Origin: Acaryochloris marina MBIC11017
GTDB lineage: Bacteria > Cyanobacteriota > Cyanobacteriia > Thermosynechococcales > Thermosynechococcaceae
DNA: 32,000 nucleotides
Assembly: GCF_000018105.1 (NCBI RefSeq)
Contig: NC_009925.1
Span: forward strand, 5,940,001 to 5,972,000
Direction of reading: 5' to 3'
Part shown: one piece after another, positions 17,806 to 27,162 of the stretch
Layout: every line of letters starts with the position of its first letter
Numbering within the stretch: the stretch's first letter is position 1
Made by a program: the position numbers and the translations under genes
Notes under the pieces: generated by a model
What the model was told of the DNA's origin: nothing
The model's input: the letters and a program-made list of their open reading frames with translations, nothing else
The model's database searches: none

Positions 17806-20241
17806 TCATTTAGGTAGGGTAAAGGAAAAGTTCGCCCCTTTACCTTCTTCAGAATCTACCCAGATTTGCCCCCCATGACGTTCAACTAGTTTTTTACAAA
17901 TGGCTAAACCAATTCCGGTGCCCGAATATTCTTCTCGATGGTGTAATCGCTGAAAAATGACAAATATCCGATCAGTAAACTGTGGATTGATGCCAATTCC
18001 ATTGTCTTGAACTGAAATAGTCCAAAATTTTTGATCTTGAGTGGCTCGAATATAAATCCTCGGACGATCGGCTTGGCAATACTTAATGGCATTAGAAATC
18101 AAATTTTGGAATACCTGCCCCATTAGCACGGGATCGACAGCAACGGTTGGCAAGGAATCTATAATAATCTCGACCTGGCGTTTTTCAATGACCTTTTCTA
18201 AGTCAGATTTTACCTTTTCAAGGATGGACGATAATGCTGTGGGTTGAACTTTCAGTTCGGCTCGTCCGACGCGGGAATAGTTCAGGAGATCATCTATTAA
18301 CCCCTGCATACGCATTGCCCCATCGGTGATGTAGCGAATATAGCGATCTGCTGTCTCGTCGAGTTGCCCCTGATAGCGATCGGCCAGTAAATCGGTAAAA
18401 CTCCCAATTTTCCGTAAGGGTTCCTGCAAATCATGGGAGGCAACATAGGCGAAATGGCCCAACTCTTGGTTGGAACGAATTAATTCACTGTTTATTCTTT
18501 GCAGTTCTTGCTCTGCCTGTTTGCGCTCACTAATATCATGGTGCATTCCCACCATGCGAAGGGGTTCCCCCTGATCATTCCAGGCTACGACTTTTCCCAT
18601 TGCCGAAATCCATTTCCATTGCTCGGATTTCGTGCGGACCCGATAGTCAAACACATAGGGGATGGAAGGGTCTTGTAAATGCTTCTTCAGCAGAGTCTTT
18701 ATTCTGAGTAAGTCATCTGGATGGGTCCAGCTTTGCCAAGTTTTAAACGAGGAAGGCAATTCTTCCAATTCATACCCCAGTATTTGATAGAACTGAGTGC
18801 TCCAGCTGGTTTCATCGGTGAGAATGTTCCAATCCCACCACCCATCTCCAGAAGCCTCTAATGCCAACTCCAAACGGGATTCACTCTCTTTTAGGGACTG
18901 AACGGCAATTTGTAAAGCCAACGTGCGATTTTTAACCCGCTCTTCCAACTCAGCATTCATTTGCTTTAATTGGTTCTCTAAGCGTTTACGCTCAGAGATG
19001 TCTCTCCAGCTTGAACGGCTGTACTTCAGCTTGCCTTGCTGATCTCGAAACCCCTGAGCATTGAGACTGACATTCAAGGTCGTTCCATCTTTGCGTTGTA
19101 CCAATAGGTTGCCATTCCTGACTTCACCTTTTTCCAAAAAGGTTTGGAAGGATTCTTTGGCATCTGATCGAGAATCAGGATGATATAGATCAAGCACTGA
19201 GCGTCCAACTAACTCTGGATAGCTGTATCCAAGCTCTTTCATTAATGTTTGGTTACAACGCAAAATCTTTGTGCTATCAACATCAACCGATAGATACATA
19301 TCTGGAGCGTTGTCATAAAGATCTTGATACTGAGCAGCAGATTTTTTCAAGTTTGAGTAAGCTGTATCTAATTCTGAAGAGCGATCTTTTATGGCAAGAT
19401 TCAACTGCCCAATGATCAATTTCAAATCTGTTTCAACCTGTTTGTGTTCAGAGATATTATCGATTTCAGCAATTAGATATAAGGGCTGACCCATGGAATC
19501 TCTGACTAAAGAGAGACTTAACGAGACCCAAACAATATGGCCTTGCTTGTGGCAATATCGCTTTTCAACACGACAGGCTGAAATCTCTCCAGATAATAAT
19601 TGGTCACGATAATGTTGATCAGCGGCTAAATCCTCAGGATAGGTAATATTTCTAAGATTGGTCTGCAATAAATCTGCTTCTGAATACCCCAAGATTTTAT
19701 AGAAGGCTGGATTAACCCTGATCCAGTCTTCATCAGGAGTGAGAATCGCCTTGCCGATCAAGGAATATTCAAAGATATTATTTAAAGTCTGCTGGTTTTC
19801 CCACCATACTGACTCTTGTTGCCGACTTCCTTCATTTTCCTGATTAACGAGTTGACTTTTATTCGCAGAGGATGTCCTATGACTTGGAGATAAAGTCTGT
19901 AAAGTATTTGCTATGAATTCCCTGGTCGTCCATATTGCAATCGCAGCAGATAGTAATTTTATACCTCCTTGTACCCTAGCCAGAGGAATATACAAAGAGG
20001 CTATATCCAGAATCGAAATGAGGCTAAAAGTAACCAATAACGCGATAAATAAAGTAAAAAGCTTGGGATGGCTAAAGAACTGATGACAATAGGCTATATA
20101 GCCTATTAGGAAAGCCGAACTCCCAAATACTAAAGCAATTGCTATATCTGGAATAATTGTAAAGGGGAACTGCTCCAGTTGAATTGAAAGATTAGCAAAT
20201 AATAAATAATATGAGAGAAAAAAAATATTTAGGAGAGTCAC
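17806..20241 (-). CDS. Membrane-anchored multi-PAS sensor histidine kinase (811 aa)
   Basis: About 110 aa of hydrophobic N-terminus (about 4 TM segments), three PAS/PAC units, the H-box FAYVASHDLQEPLRKI, and NLISNAIKY / DNGIGI / GTGIGLAICK. Confidence 0.9.
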   Translation of the reverse strand: MTLLNIFFLSYYLLFANLSIQLEQFPFTIIPDIAIALVFGSSAFLIGYIAYCHQFFSHPKLFTLFIALLVTFSLISILDIASLYIPLARVQGGIKLLSAAIAIWTTREFIANTLQTLSPSHRTSSANKSQLVNQENEGSRQQESVWWENQQTLNNIFEYSLIGKAILTPDEDWIRVNPAFYKILGYSEADLLQTNLRNITYPEDLAADQHYRDQLLSGEISACRVEKRYCHKQGHIVWVSLSLSLVRDSMGQPLYLIAEIDNISEHKQVETDLKLIIGQLNLAIKDRSSELDTAYSNLKKSAAQYQDLYDNAPDMYLSVDVDSTKILRCNQTLMKELGYSYPELVGRSVLDLYHPDSRSDAKESFQTFLEKGEVRNGNLLVQRKDGTTLNVSLNAQGFRDQQGKLKYSRSSWRDISERKRLENQLKQMNAELEERVKNRTLALQIAVQSLKESESRLELALEASGDGWWDWNILTDETSWSTQFYQILGYELEELPSSFKTWQSWTHPDDLLRIKTLLKKHLQDPSIPYVFDYRVRTKSEQWKWISAMGKVVAWNDQGEPLRMVGMHHDISERKQAEQELQRINSELIRSNQELGHFAYVASHDLQEPLRKIGSFTDLLADRYQGQLDETADRYIRYITDGAMRMQGLIDDLLNYSRVGRAELKVQPTALSSILEKVKSDLEKVIEKRQVEIIIDSLPTVAVDPVLMGQVFQNLISNAIKYCQADRPRIYIRATQDQKFWTISVQDNGIGINPQFTDRIFVIFQRLHHREEYSGTGIGLAICKKLVERHGGQIWVDSEEGKGANFSFTLPK

Positions 20242-20639
20242 ATTTATTATCTCCTGTTAAATCATCCAAATACCTGACAAGATAGAAAACTTTTTCAATA
20301 GATCAATCCATTTTTGACTTGTGCATAAAGGTTTTATCTTGCAAGGATAAATAAAGATATCATCAATATGTAACTGTCAACATTGTAATCATTCGATTGA
20401 GATTGAAGATAATATTTTTGGCTATCTTTTGCCTTAAGATAGCATCAGAAAGATCTCCGTCAACAGTATCCAATGTTGTAATTTTTTCTTAAAACCTCTA
20501 AATCCAAATGGAGGTTATGATTCTACTGCTTTTTTTGTCTAATCTCTTTGGGGAATCTACTACGCTTAATTTGGAATATCTTTTTCAAAAAGAAATTCTT
20601 CATCCCTTTGTTGAATTTGTTGTCAGATAGAATACTTTT

Positions 20640-21131
20640 TCACTTCTCAAATGAGCCTAATAGCTTTCGGAGTAACTGAGTAAGACGGTCTATTTCAGAT
20701 TTCTCGAGTGCACTCAGAAGAAGGTGTTCATGGGTGACATGAGTTTCAACGGTTTTTTCAATTAGCTCAAATCCTTTATCCGTTAACTGAACCAGGTTTC
20801 CTCGACGATCGTTAGGGTCGGGGATACGTTCAACCAACGCGGCTTTTTCCAAACAATCAATGCGATGAGTCATGGTCCCGGAGGACACCATCATGGCGTG
20901 AAATAACTGGGTGGGTGAAAGCTGATAGGGCTGCCCAGACCGTCGCAAAGTGGCGAGGACATCAAACTCGCCTGAATTCAAGCCAAATTTAGCAAAGGTG
21001 TCTCCCATTGCCCCTTGGAAATGTTTGGCCAATCGGGTCATGCGGCCAATTGTCCCCATGGGCGACACATCTAAATCAGGGCGTTCTCTCCGCCATTGGG
21101 CCAAAATTTCGTCGACTGCATCGGTATCCAT
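20640..21131 (-). CDS. MarR-family transcriptional regulator (PecS-like, divergent from an EamA transporter)
   Basis: The winged-helix core is FDVLATLRRSGQPYQLSPTQLFHAMMVSSGTMTHRIDCLEKAALVERIPDPNDRRGNLVQLTDKG. Confidence 0.88.
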   Translation of the reverse strand: MDTDAVDEILAQWRRERPDLDVSPMGTIGRMTRLAKHFQGAMGDTFAKFGLNSGEFDVLATLRRSGQPYQLSPTQLFHAMMVSSGTMTHRIDCLEKAALVERIPDPNDRRGNLVQLTDKGFELIEKTVETHVTHEHLLLSALEKSEIDRLTQLLRKLLGSFEK

Positions 21132-21180
21132 GGGAACAGATGGCTCAGCATTTGAATGCCGATTATCTTAACATCTGATA

Positions 21181-21257
21181 AATCTTAATTCCAAGATACT
21201 TGACATCAAGATAAATGCTAGAATCTCGACATAAAGTATCTTAATGTCAAGATAAAT
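21181..21257. promoter_or_regulatory. Repeated pseudo-palindromic operator candidates in the marR/eamA intergenic region
   Basis: CTTGACATCAAGATAAAT (21199..21216) recurs as CTTAATGTCAAGATAAAT (21240..21257), 15/18 identical. The second copy abuts the eamA ATG. A third related palindrome, AATCTT-AATTCC-AAGATA, lies at 21181..21198. The common core is CTT-N6-AAGATA. Confidence 0.55.
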
Positions 21258-22133
21258 ATGAATGCTCCCTCAGCTCGGCTGTTCAATATCTTGTTGACAG
21301 CTTTAGCCCCAATCGCTTGGGGGACCACCTATGTGATAACGACGGAGTTACTACCGCCAGGACATCCCTTGTTAGTGGCAGCTCTGAGAACACTTCCCAT
21401 GGGTCTGATCCTAATCCTTAGCCTGAGGCAGCTCCCCCAAGGTATCTGGTGGGGACGGATGTTGATTTTGGGGGGACTCAATATTGGTCTTTTCCAAGCC
21501 CTCTTGTTCGTGGCGGCCTATCGACTCCCAGGGGGAGTAGCAGCAACCGCGGGTTCGATTCAGCCCTTGCTCGTGGTCTTGTTTGCATGGCAACTCTTGG
21601 GAGAGAAGCCATCACGGAGATCAATCCTAGCTGCCATCACTGGATTTATGGGCGTGGGTCTATTGGTGTTGGGACCCGAAGCTCAGCTGGATAGTGTGGG
21701 GATTGTGGCTGCGATCGCAAGTGCTGCAACCATGGGTTTGGGAACGGTTTTGGTGAAGCGATGGCAATCTCCCGTGTCCCTGATGGTGTTTACGGCCTGG
21801 CAACTCACGGTAGGGGGACTGATGCTACTCCCCATTGCCCTGATTGTGGAAGGCCCCTTCGAGCAAATTTCGGGAACGAACCTATTAGGGTTTCTCTATT
21901 TAGGACTGATCGGCACTGGGCTGGCCTATGCCTTGTGGTTTCGAGGTATCCGTAAACTCAATGCTACTGCTGCTTCCTATCTGGGGTTACTAAGCCCCAT
22001 CGTGGCGACGCTGCTGGGGTATCTCTTTCTCCAGCAAACCCTGACCTCCCTTCAACTGTTGGGTGTTGTGATCGTGTTGAGTAGCATTTTCTTAGGACAA
22101 CAAACGTTTCGGAGATCAAGAGGGGCAGACTAG
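21258..22133 (+). CDS. EamA/DMT-family transporter (PecM-like)
   Basis: 291 aa, about 10 TM segments, with two EamA halves. The N-terminus LLTALAPIAWGTTYVITTELLPPGHPLLVAALRTLP is typical of PecM-type exporters. Confidence 0.88.
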   Translation: MNAPSARLFNILLTALAPIAWGTTYVITTELLPPGHPLLVAALRTLPMGLILILSLRQLPQGIWWGRMLILGGLNIGLFQALLFVAAYRLPGGVAATAGSIQPLLVVLFAWQLLGEKPSRRSILAAITGFMGVGLLVLGPEAQLDSVGIVAAIASAATMGLGTVLVKRWQSPVSLMVFTAWQLTVGGLMLLPIALIVEGPFEQISGTNLLGFLYLGLIGTGLAYALWFRGIRKLNATAASYLGLLSPIVATLLGYLFLQQTLTSLQLLGVVIVLSSIFLGQQTFRRSRGAD

Positions 22134-22398
22134 GGTCTAAGGGGCTCTTCTCCTCTTGCGGTTATCGCAATTTACCTTCTGTCTGATGGATCCAAATCTC
22201 CAATCGCGAGATACCCTCGTACCGTAGATTTACCTATTCACAGTAGTTTGCGGGCCATGTACATAGGTTAAGTTATGTGTTTTGTATATGATCTGATAGT
22301 GGGTTGCTGAACGATAAGCGTAGAATTGGAAATATTCAAATCTAAAGAAAATATTAAAAATTAGATAAAAAACCTTTTCTGAAAAACACTCACCTAGG

Positions 22399-22698
22399 GT
22401 GAATGTAATGAAACCCAACCTTCTCCGGCAAGTCTGGGAAGTTATTGAAACGACTCAGACCGATATGTTGACCCAGCTCAACGACAATCAACTCGTCCAG
22501 GTTCTGGTGACCAATCTTAAAAACCGCAACCAACTGCCTCAGGACGAAGAAGCCAATGCAAAAGCCTATATTCGCTCTCGGCTCCTGCTGATTCGCGAGC
22601 TGGCCCAATCTCGGAAGGATCTCTGTTGCCCTCTCAAAGTAAAAGTTGCTATCCACCCGCCCCTGGAAGTTCACACACGGGACTTGATTGCGGGTTAG
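22399..22698 (+). CDS. Small hypothetical protein (about 96-99 aa)
   Basis: Start is GTG at 22399 or ATG at 22408 (MKPNLLRQVWEVIE...). I prefer it over the fully overlapping antisense ORF 22390..22674 because its sequence looks more protein-like and amphipathic. There is no recognisable family. Confidence 0.4.
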   Translation: MNVMKPNLLRQVWEVIETTQTDMLTQLNDNQLVQVLVTNLKNRNQLPQDEEANAKAYIRSRLLLIRELAQSRKDLCCPLKVKVAIHPPLEVHTRDLIAG

Positions 22699-22750
22699 AA
22701 CGTCTGACGTCAGAACACCACAAAAAACTAACTGTGGGCATACTGCCTTA

Positions 22751-23110
22751 CTAGCTGGCTGAGGGGGATTCTTCCGGTAAATACTGATTCAAGAACGCAT
22801 TCACTACCGACAAGGCAATCGGCCCTAGAAAGAATGCCAATAGGCCATCCACTCGGAAGCCGGGTACAAAAGCGGCGGCGAGGGAGAAGCATAACCCATT
22901 CAGCACGAGCAAAAAACCACCCAGGGACAGCAAGGTCAATGGGAAAGACACCACTTTCAGCACGGGTTTGACAATGGCATTCACCAAGCCAATGGCAATT
23001 GCAGCTGCGATCGCAGTGGGGATACTGTCCAAATCAACCCCAGCAAACACGTAATCCACCACCAGTAGACTGAGGGCTGTAGCCAAAATAGTTAACAGAA
23101 GTCCACGCAT
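22751..23110 (-). CDS. Phage_holin_4_2 / DUF360-family small membrane protein
   Basis: 119 aa with 3-4 TM segments. The characteristic motifs are LLVVDYVFAGV and LVNAIVKPVLKVVSFPLTLLSLGGFLLVLNG. Confidence 0.75.
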   Translation of the reverse strand: MRGLLLTILATALSLLVVDYVFAGVDLDSIPTAIAAAIAIGLVNAIVKPVLKVVSFPLTLLSLGGFLLVLNGLCFSLAAAFVPGFRVDGLLAFFLGPIALSVVNAFLNQYLPEESPSAS

Positions 23111-23386
23111 TTCGATATCCTCTGAATCTGTGAGGTTGCCATAAAAGCTTCCTTTGGAGTAGGAAGCTGGGGAATGTAGCTGCTAAACATGAAACTGTCT
23201 TAACTTTAGAAGACAAATCCGTTTCCCTCCTTGAAAATAAAGATCATTTCACCTTTACCTTCGTGCGATCGCTCAGCAATCGTCCTTCGTCGATTCAGTC
23301 TTGACCAATTTAGGTAAGGTCCAATAGGTCAGAGCAAAGCCGTCTTTCACCATCGTGCGCCCACCCATCCATAGGAGATTCAGATC

Positions 23387-24388
23387 ATGGGTAAATCTCT
23401 CCCCCCCAAAGCCATCATCAGCTTGGGTAAGTTTGTTTGGACCACGATGTGGAATGTGATGATGTCGAATATGGCCCCTCGGAGTAAAGCTGGAGCCTAT
23501 ATTCGCCCTGAGAGTCAGTTCCGAAACACCATTGGTAGCGAGTCCTTCCCGGCAGAATCTCAGCGGTATCGACTCTATGTGGGCTTAGGCTGTCCTTGGG
23601 CCCATCGCACCCTAGTGGTTCGTGCCTTAAAAGGGTTACAAGATGTTATCGATGTTGTTGTGGTTCAACCCTCGGATACAGAAGGGGGTTGGGTTTTTGC
23701 CTCAGAGCATCAAGGGTGCCATAACCTTCGAGACCTCTATCTGCTAGCCCAACCTGGATATGAAGGCCGCTGCACTGTACCCGTGCTTTGGGATATCCAA
23801 ACCCAAAAGATCGTCAACAACGAAAGTTCCGAGATCATCGTCAATTTGAATTCCGCCTTCAACGACCTGGCTCAGCAGCCAGATCTAGATCTCTACCCAG
23901 AAGCCCTACGTCCTCCCATCGACCAGTGGAATGAAAAAATCTATCATGCCGTCAATAATGGCGTGTATCGCTGTGGATTTGCCCAAACCCAAACCGCCTA
24001 CGATCAGGCCTGCAGGGAGCTGTTCGAAGTACTAGACGAAATCGATACAGCCTTGGCCCAGCAACGGTATCTCTGTGGTGATACGTTGACCCTCGCGGAT
24101 GTACGGCTTTTTCCAACTTTATTTCGCTTCGATGTCGCTTACTACGGCCTCTTCAAGTGCAATCGACGACGCATTCAGGACTACCAGCATTTAGGCCCCT
24201 ATTTGCGGGACCTCTACCAACTCCCTGGTGTAGCAGACACCTGCAACCTAGAAGCCGTCAAACAAAGTTACTACGGTTTTCTTTTTCCCTTAAATCCTGG
24301 CGGCATTATTCCTGCGGGGCCTGATATAACCAGCTTGACTGACCCCCATGGCCGTGAACAGATAGGCAAAGCGCCTCAAGCGGTGTAG
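23387..24388 (+). CDS. Xi-class glutathione transferase / glutathionyl-hydroquinone reductase (YqjG/ECM4 family)
   Basis: Active-site context RYRLYVGLGCPWAHRTLV (CPWA motif). GGAGA lies 8 nt upstream of the ATG. Confidence 0.85.
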   Translation: MGKSLPPKAIISLGKFVWTTMWNVMMSNMAPRSKAGAYIRPESQFRNTIGSESFPAESQRYRLYVGLGCPWAHRTLVVRALKGLQDVIDVVVVQPSDTEGGWVFASEHQGCHNLRDLYLLAQPGYEGRCTVPVLWDIQTQKIVNNESSEIIVNLNSAFNDLAQQPDLDLYPEALRPPIDQWNEKIYHAVNNGVYRCGFAQTQTAYDQACRELFEVLDEIDTALAQQRYLCGDTLTLADVRLFPTLFRFDVAYYGLFKCNRRRIQDYQHLGPYLRDLYQLPGVADTCNLEAVKQSYYGFLFPLNPGGIIPAGPDITSLTDPHGREQIGKAPQAV

Positions 24389-24426
24389 AAGATACAGCAT
24401 TCCCTTGAAAACGGCCTTGGCTGAAG

Positions 24427-25713
24427 TTACTTTTGGCACCACTGCCGAGCGATTTGCCCGACAAGGCTGCCGTAGCTGGAACTAAACGTACCCAGTCCAG
24501 CTAGCTCTGACACGGGGCACCGCTTTTGCATCGCTAAAGCGATCAGATGAACCACTTCGGCTGCCCCAATACCCACCATATGAGCCCCCAGTATTTGTCC
24601 GTTCTTGTGGACAAGGACCTTACACCAACCCGTCTGCTCCTGGAGTTGGCCTTTGTCTGACTGTTGATAGGTGTGATAAAAACACCGAAAGGGGATGGAT
24701 GCTTCTTGGACCAGAGTCTCTGTTAACCCCACTCTGGCTAGCTCTGGCATGGTCGGGATAGTCCAGGGTAGGATGCCATATTTAATCGCCTGCCTAGCCC
24801 CCAAGGCATTATTTACCGCTACCCCGGCCTCATGCCGAGCAATATCTGCCAGGGTATATCCTCCTAGCACAGACCCGCAGGCATACACTTGGGAGCATGA
24901 GGTTTGCAATCGCGGGTTCACCCACAAACCTTGAGCGGTATGGCGAAGATCCACAGCAATTTGATTGGGATTGATGATGGCTGACGTTGTTTCTACGGCC
25001 CAAACTAAGGATCCGGCCATCAATTTGCCTTGATTTGTTGTTACCTGATAGGAGCTGGATGATGGAGTAACGTCTTTGATCTGGCTGTGGGTGTGAATAT
25101 TGACATGATCGGCCTCTAGGTGGGCTTGCACTCGCCAAGCCGCTTCAGCATCTTCCCCAGGCAAAATTTGGTTCAGGGGACAAAGTAAGTGAACAGAATG
25201 CCCCAATCGCCCTAAGGATTGGCTCAGGGAAACGGCCACCGGACCATCCCCCACCACCAGCACTGGATCGGCTAACGGTTGATGAAGATTTTCTAGTCGG
25301 GTAAGGACATCTGCTGGACTAAGCCAGTCCGCTGAACCGGGAACATCTGGTGCAGATAAATCGGCATCTAAACAGAGAAGATACCGGTGGGCCAGCAATA
25401 CCCGATTCTGACAATGCACCTGAAATTGCGGTTTGGTTTTAAATTGAGCGATACCATCGATCTGTTCAATGCCCAAACTGGCTAATTTGGCTGGCGAATA
25501 AGGTGCCTGTACCCGCGAGGCCATGGCCTTAACCCATTCGGCCAAAGCCATAGACGGCTGGGTCTGTACCCACTGTCGCAACAGCAAATGATACGGGATG
25601 GGGGCTGGCGCAACAGCAATAAATGCCACTCGGGCCGACTGTTCTTTGGCTGCGATCGCAGCCCAGGGAGCCACCGCATTATTACCCACCACCACCAAAT
25701 CATAATCAGCCAT
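24427..25713 (-). CDS. Pyridine-nucleotide-disulfide-oxidoreductase-family protein, degenerate (no CxxxxC redox pair seen)
   Basis: It has YDLVVVGNNAVAPWAAIAA in place of GxGxxG, an NAD-type VLVVGDGPVAVSLSQ, and the C-terminal dimerisation-domain motif IPWTIPTMPELARVGLTE. Confidence 0.7.
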   Translation of the reverse strand: MADYDLVVVGNNAVAPWAAIAAKEQSARVAFIAVAPAPIPYHLLLRQWVQTQPSMALAEWVKAMASRVQAPYSPAKLASLGIEQIDGIAQFKTKPQFQVHCQNRVLLAHRYLLCLDADLSAPDVPGSADWLSPADVLTRLENLHQPLADPVLVVGDGPVAVSLSQSLGRLGHSVHLLCPLNQILPGEDAEAAWRVQAHLEADHVNIHTHSQIKDVTPSSSSYQVTTNQGKLMAGSLVWAVETTSAIINPNQIAVDLRHTAQGLWVNPRLQTSCSQVYACGSVLGGYTLADIARHEAGVAVNNALGARQAIKYGILPWTIPTMPELARVGLTETLVQEASIPFRCFYHTYQQSDKGQLQEQTGWCKVLVHKNGQILGAHMVGIGAAEVVHLIALAMQKRCPVSELAGLGTFSSSYGSLVGQIARQWCQK

Positions 25714-25746
25714 TGTCTACTCCCCAGGCGTTTATGCCTCTCTCAT

Positions 25747-26850
25747 CTAAACAGATAACCGAGGTAGGCAATCGGCCAAAGCAGTCAGTAACCGTTGATT
25801 GTCTGCTTGGGTTCGTACCGCAATCCGAAAATACTGATCTCCTAATTCGGGAAAGCTAAGACAATCTCGAATGAGAATCCGATGATGCTTTAAAAGCAGC
25901 TCCTGCAGCAAAGGGACTGAAACCTTCGTTTGTACTAAAAGAAAATTCGCTGCCCCCTCCAGGGGATAAGCCCCCAACGCCACCAAACCTTGCATCAGTT
26001 CGGTACGGACAGGGGGCAACCAAGATAGAGTTTTGTTCTGAAAAGCGCGATCTCCCAGCACCGCTATCCCCGCCATAACGGCCAGAGAGTTTACAGACCA
26101 GGGATCACGGCATTGCTGCCAGGGCCGTAGTTGATCGGGGTGACCAATGGCATACCCCAACCGCAACCCAGGCAAACTATAAAATTTGGTCAGGGAACGC
26201 AAGATCACGAGATTTGGAAAATCTTGCACTTTAGAGATCAAGCTGTAGTCAGCATCTACAGGCAGAAAGTCCATAAATGCTTCATCCACTACCACCAAAG
26301 GGAACTGCTCTAGAAACGGTTCGATTTGATGGATGCTGATTAGCCCCCCAGTGGGATTGTGGGGGTTATTCAGTAATAGCCCAGCTTGAGCTGAATCGGC
26401 AGACTGACGAGCGATCTGTAATGCCTGCTCGATCAACTCACTGGAAGATTGATGTTGAATCTGTCTAAGATTCAAAGGTAATGGCCGAATTTGAGCTTGA
26501 AACGCCTTCAGTGCCCGTTGATAGTCAGCAAAGGCAGGCTTTAGAACCCCAGTCCATGCCAATTGGGCCAAATCACGGCAGGCCCAAGTGAGTAATTCAG
26601 CTGAACCATTTCCCGGCAAAAACCAGTCAACGGGGAGTTGATGAACCTCACTCAACACCTGGCATATTGACTGATAACTAGGATCTGGATAAGCCGTGAG
26701 GGTATCGAGATGAGTTTGAATGGCTGAAATCGCTGATTCAGGCGGCCCAAGTGGGTTGATACTTGCCGAAAAATCAAGGATACAGTTGGGAGAACAACCT
26801 GCTATGTCTGCAGCCCACCGCAGGTTGCCTCCATGTAAAGGGCGACTCAA
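25747..26850 (-). CDS. cobD: Threonine-phosphate decarboxylase (CobD-type) / class I-II aminotransferase family
   Basis: The N-terminal HGGN motif is present (MSRPLHGGNLRW). The PLP-Lys context is ILRSLTKFYSLPGLRLGY. TTG start, so the exact start is uncertain. Confidence 0.7.
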   Translation of the reverse strand: MSRPLHGGNLRWAADIAGCSPNCILDFSASINPLGPPESAISAIQTHLDTLTAYPDPSYQSICQVLSEVHQLPVDWFLPGNGSAELLTWACRDLAQLAWTGVLKPAFADYQRALKAFQAQIRPLPLNLRQIQHQSSSELIEQALQIARQSADSAQAGLLLNNPHNPTGGLISIHQIEPFLEQFPLVVVDEAFMDFLPVDADYSLISKVQDFPNLVILRSLTKFYSLPGLRLGYAIGHPDQLRPWQQCRDPWSVNSLAVMAGIAVLGDRAFQNKTLSWLPPVRTELMQGLVALGAYPLEGAANFLLVQTKVSVPLLQELLLKHHRILIRDCLSFPELGDQYFRIAVRTQADNQRLLTALADCLPRLSV

Positions 26851-26880
26851 TAGTGACGCCTCATCCAGAAAATTAAGGAA

Positions 26881-27162
26881 TTACTTTTTAGGAGCAACTT
26901 TTTCCTTAAATAGCTTACCTGCAGAGAAAGCTGGAACTTTAGTTGCGGGAATCTTCATTTTCGCACCGGTCTTGGGGTTACGTCCTTCCCGGGCCTTGCG
27001 TTCGCGAGGTTCAAATGAGCCAAATCCCACCAATGTGACTTTTTCTCCTGATGAGACAGATTCAACAATGGCCTCTAAGGCGGCAGTCAGAACTGCATCT
27101 GCCTGCTTTTTCGTGACACTTGCCTTATCAGCAACGGCGTCGACGAGTTCTCCTTTATTCAT
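26881..27162 (-). CDS. hup: HU-family DNA-binding protein
   Basis: MNKGELVDAVADKASVTKKQADAVLTAALEAIVESVSSGEKVTLVGFGSFEPRERKAREGRNPKTGAKMKIPATKVPAFSAGKLFKEKV is a canonical HU. Confidence 0.95.
   Translation of the reverse strand: MNKGELVDAVADKASVTKKQADAVLTAALEAIVESVSSGEKVTLVGFGSFEPRERKAREGRNPKTGAKMKIPATKVPAFSAGKLFKEKVAPKK

Noticed and set aside
14224-20241. Search for a heme oxygenase (bphO) or bilin reductase next to the phytochrome
   Set aside because: No ORF in the island has such a sequence. The absence is noted in the findings, not called as a feature.
20493-20516. Hairpin AACCTC-N12-GAGGTT as the marR terminator
   Set aside because: The stem is only 6 bp with a 12-nt loop, and the minus strand has a weak, interrupted T tract. 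It is not convincing as an intrinsic terminator.
26851-26880. Possible cobalamin riboswitch ahead of the cobD-like gene
   Set aside because: Only 30 nt separate it from the hup stop, which leaves no room for a riboswitch. The genes are probably co-transcribed.
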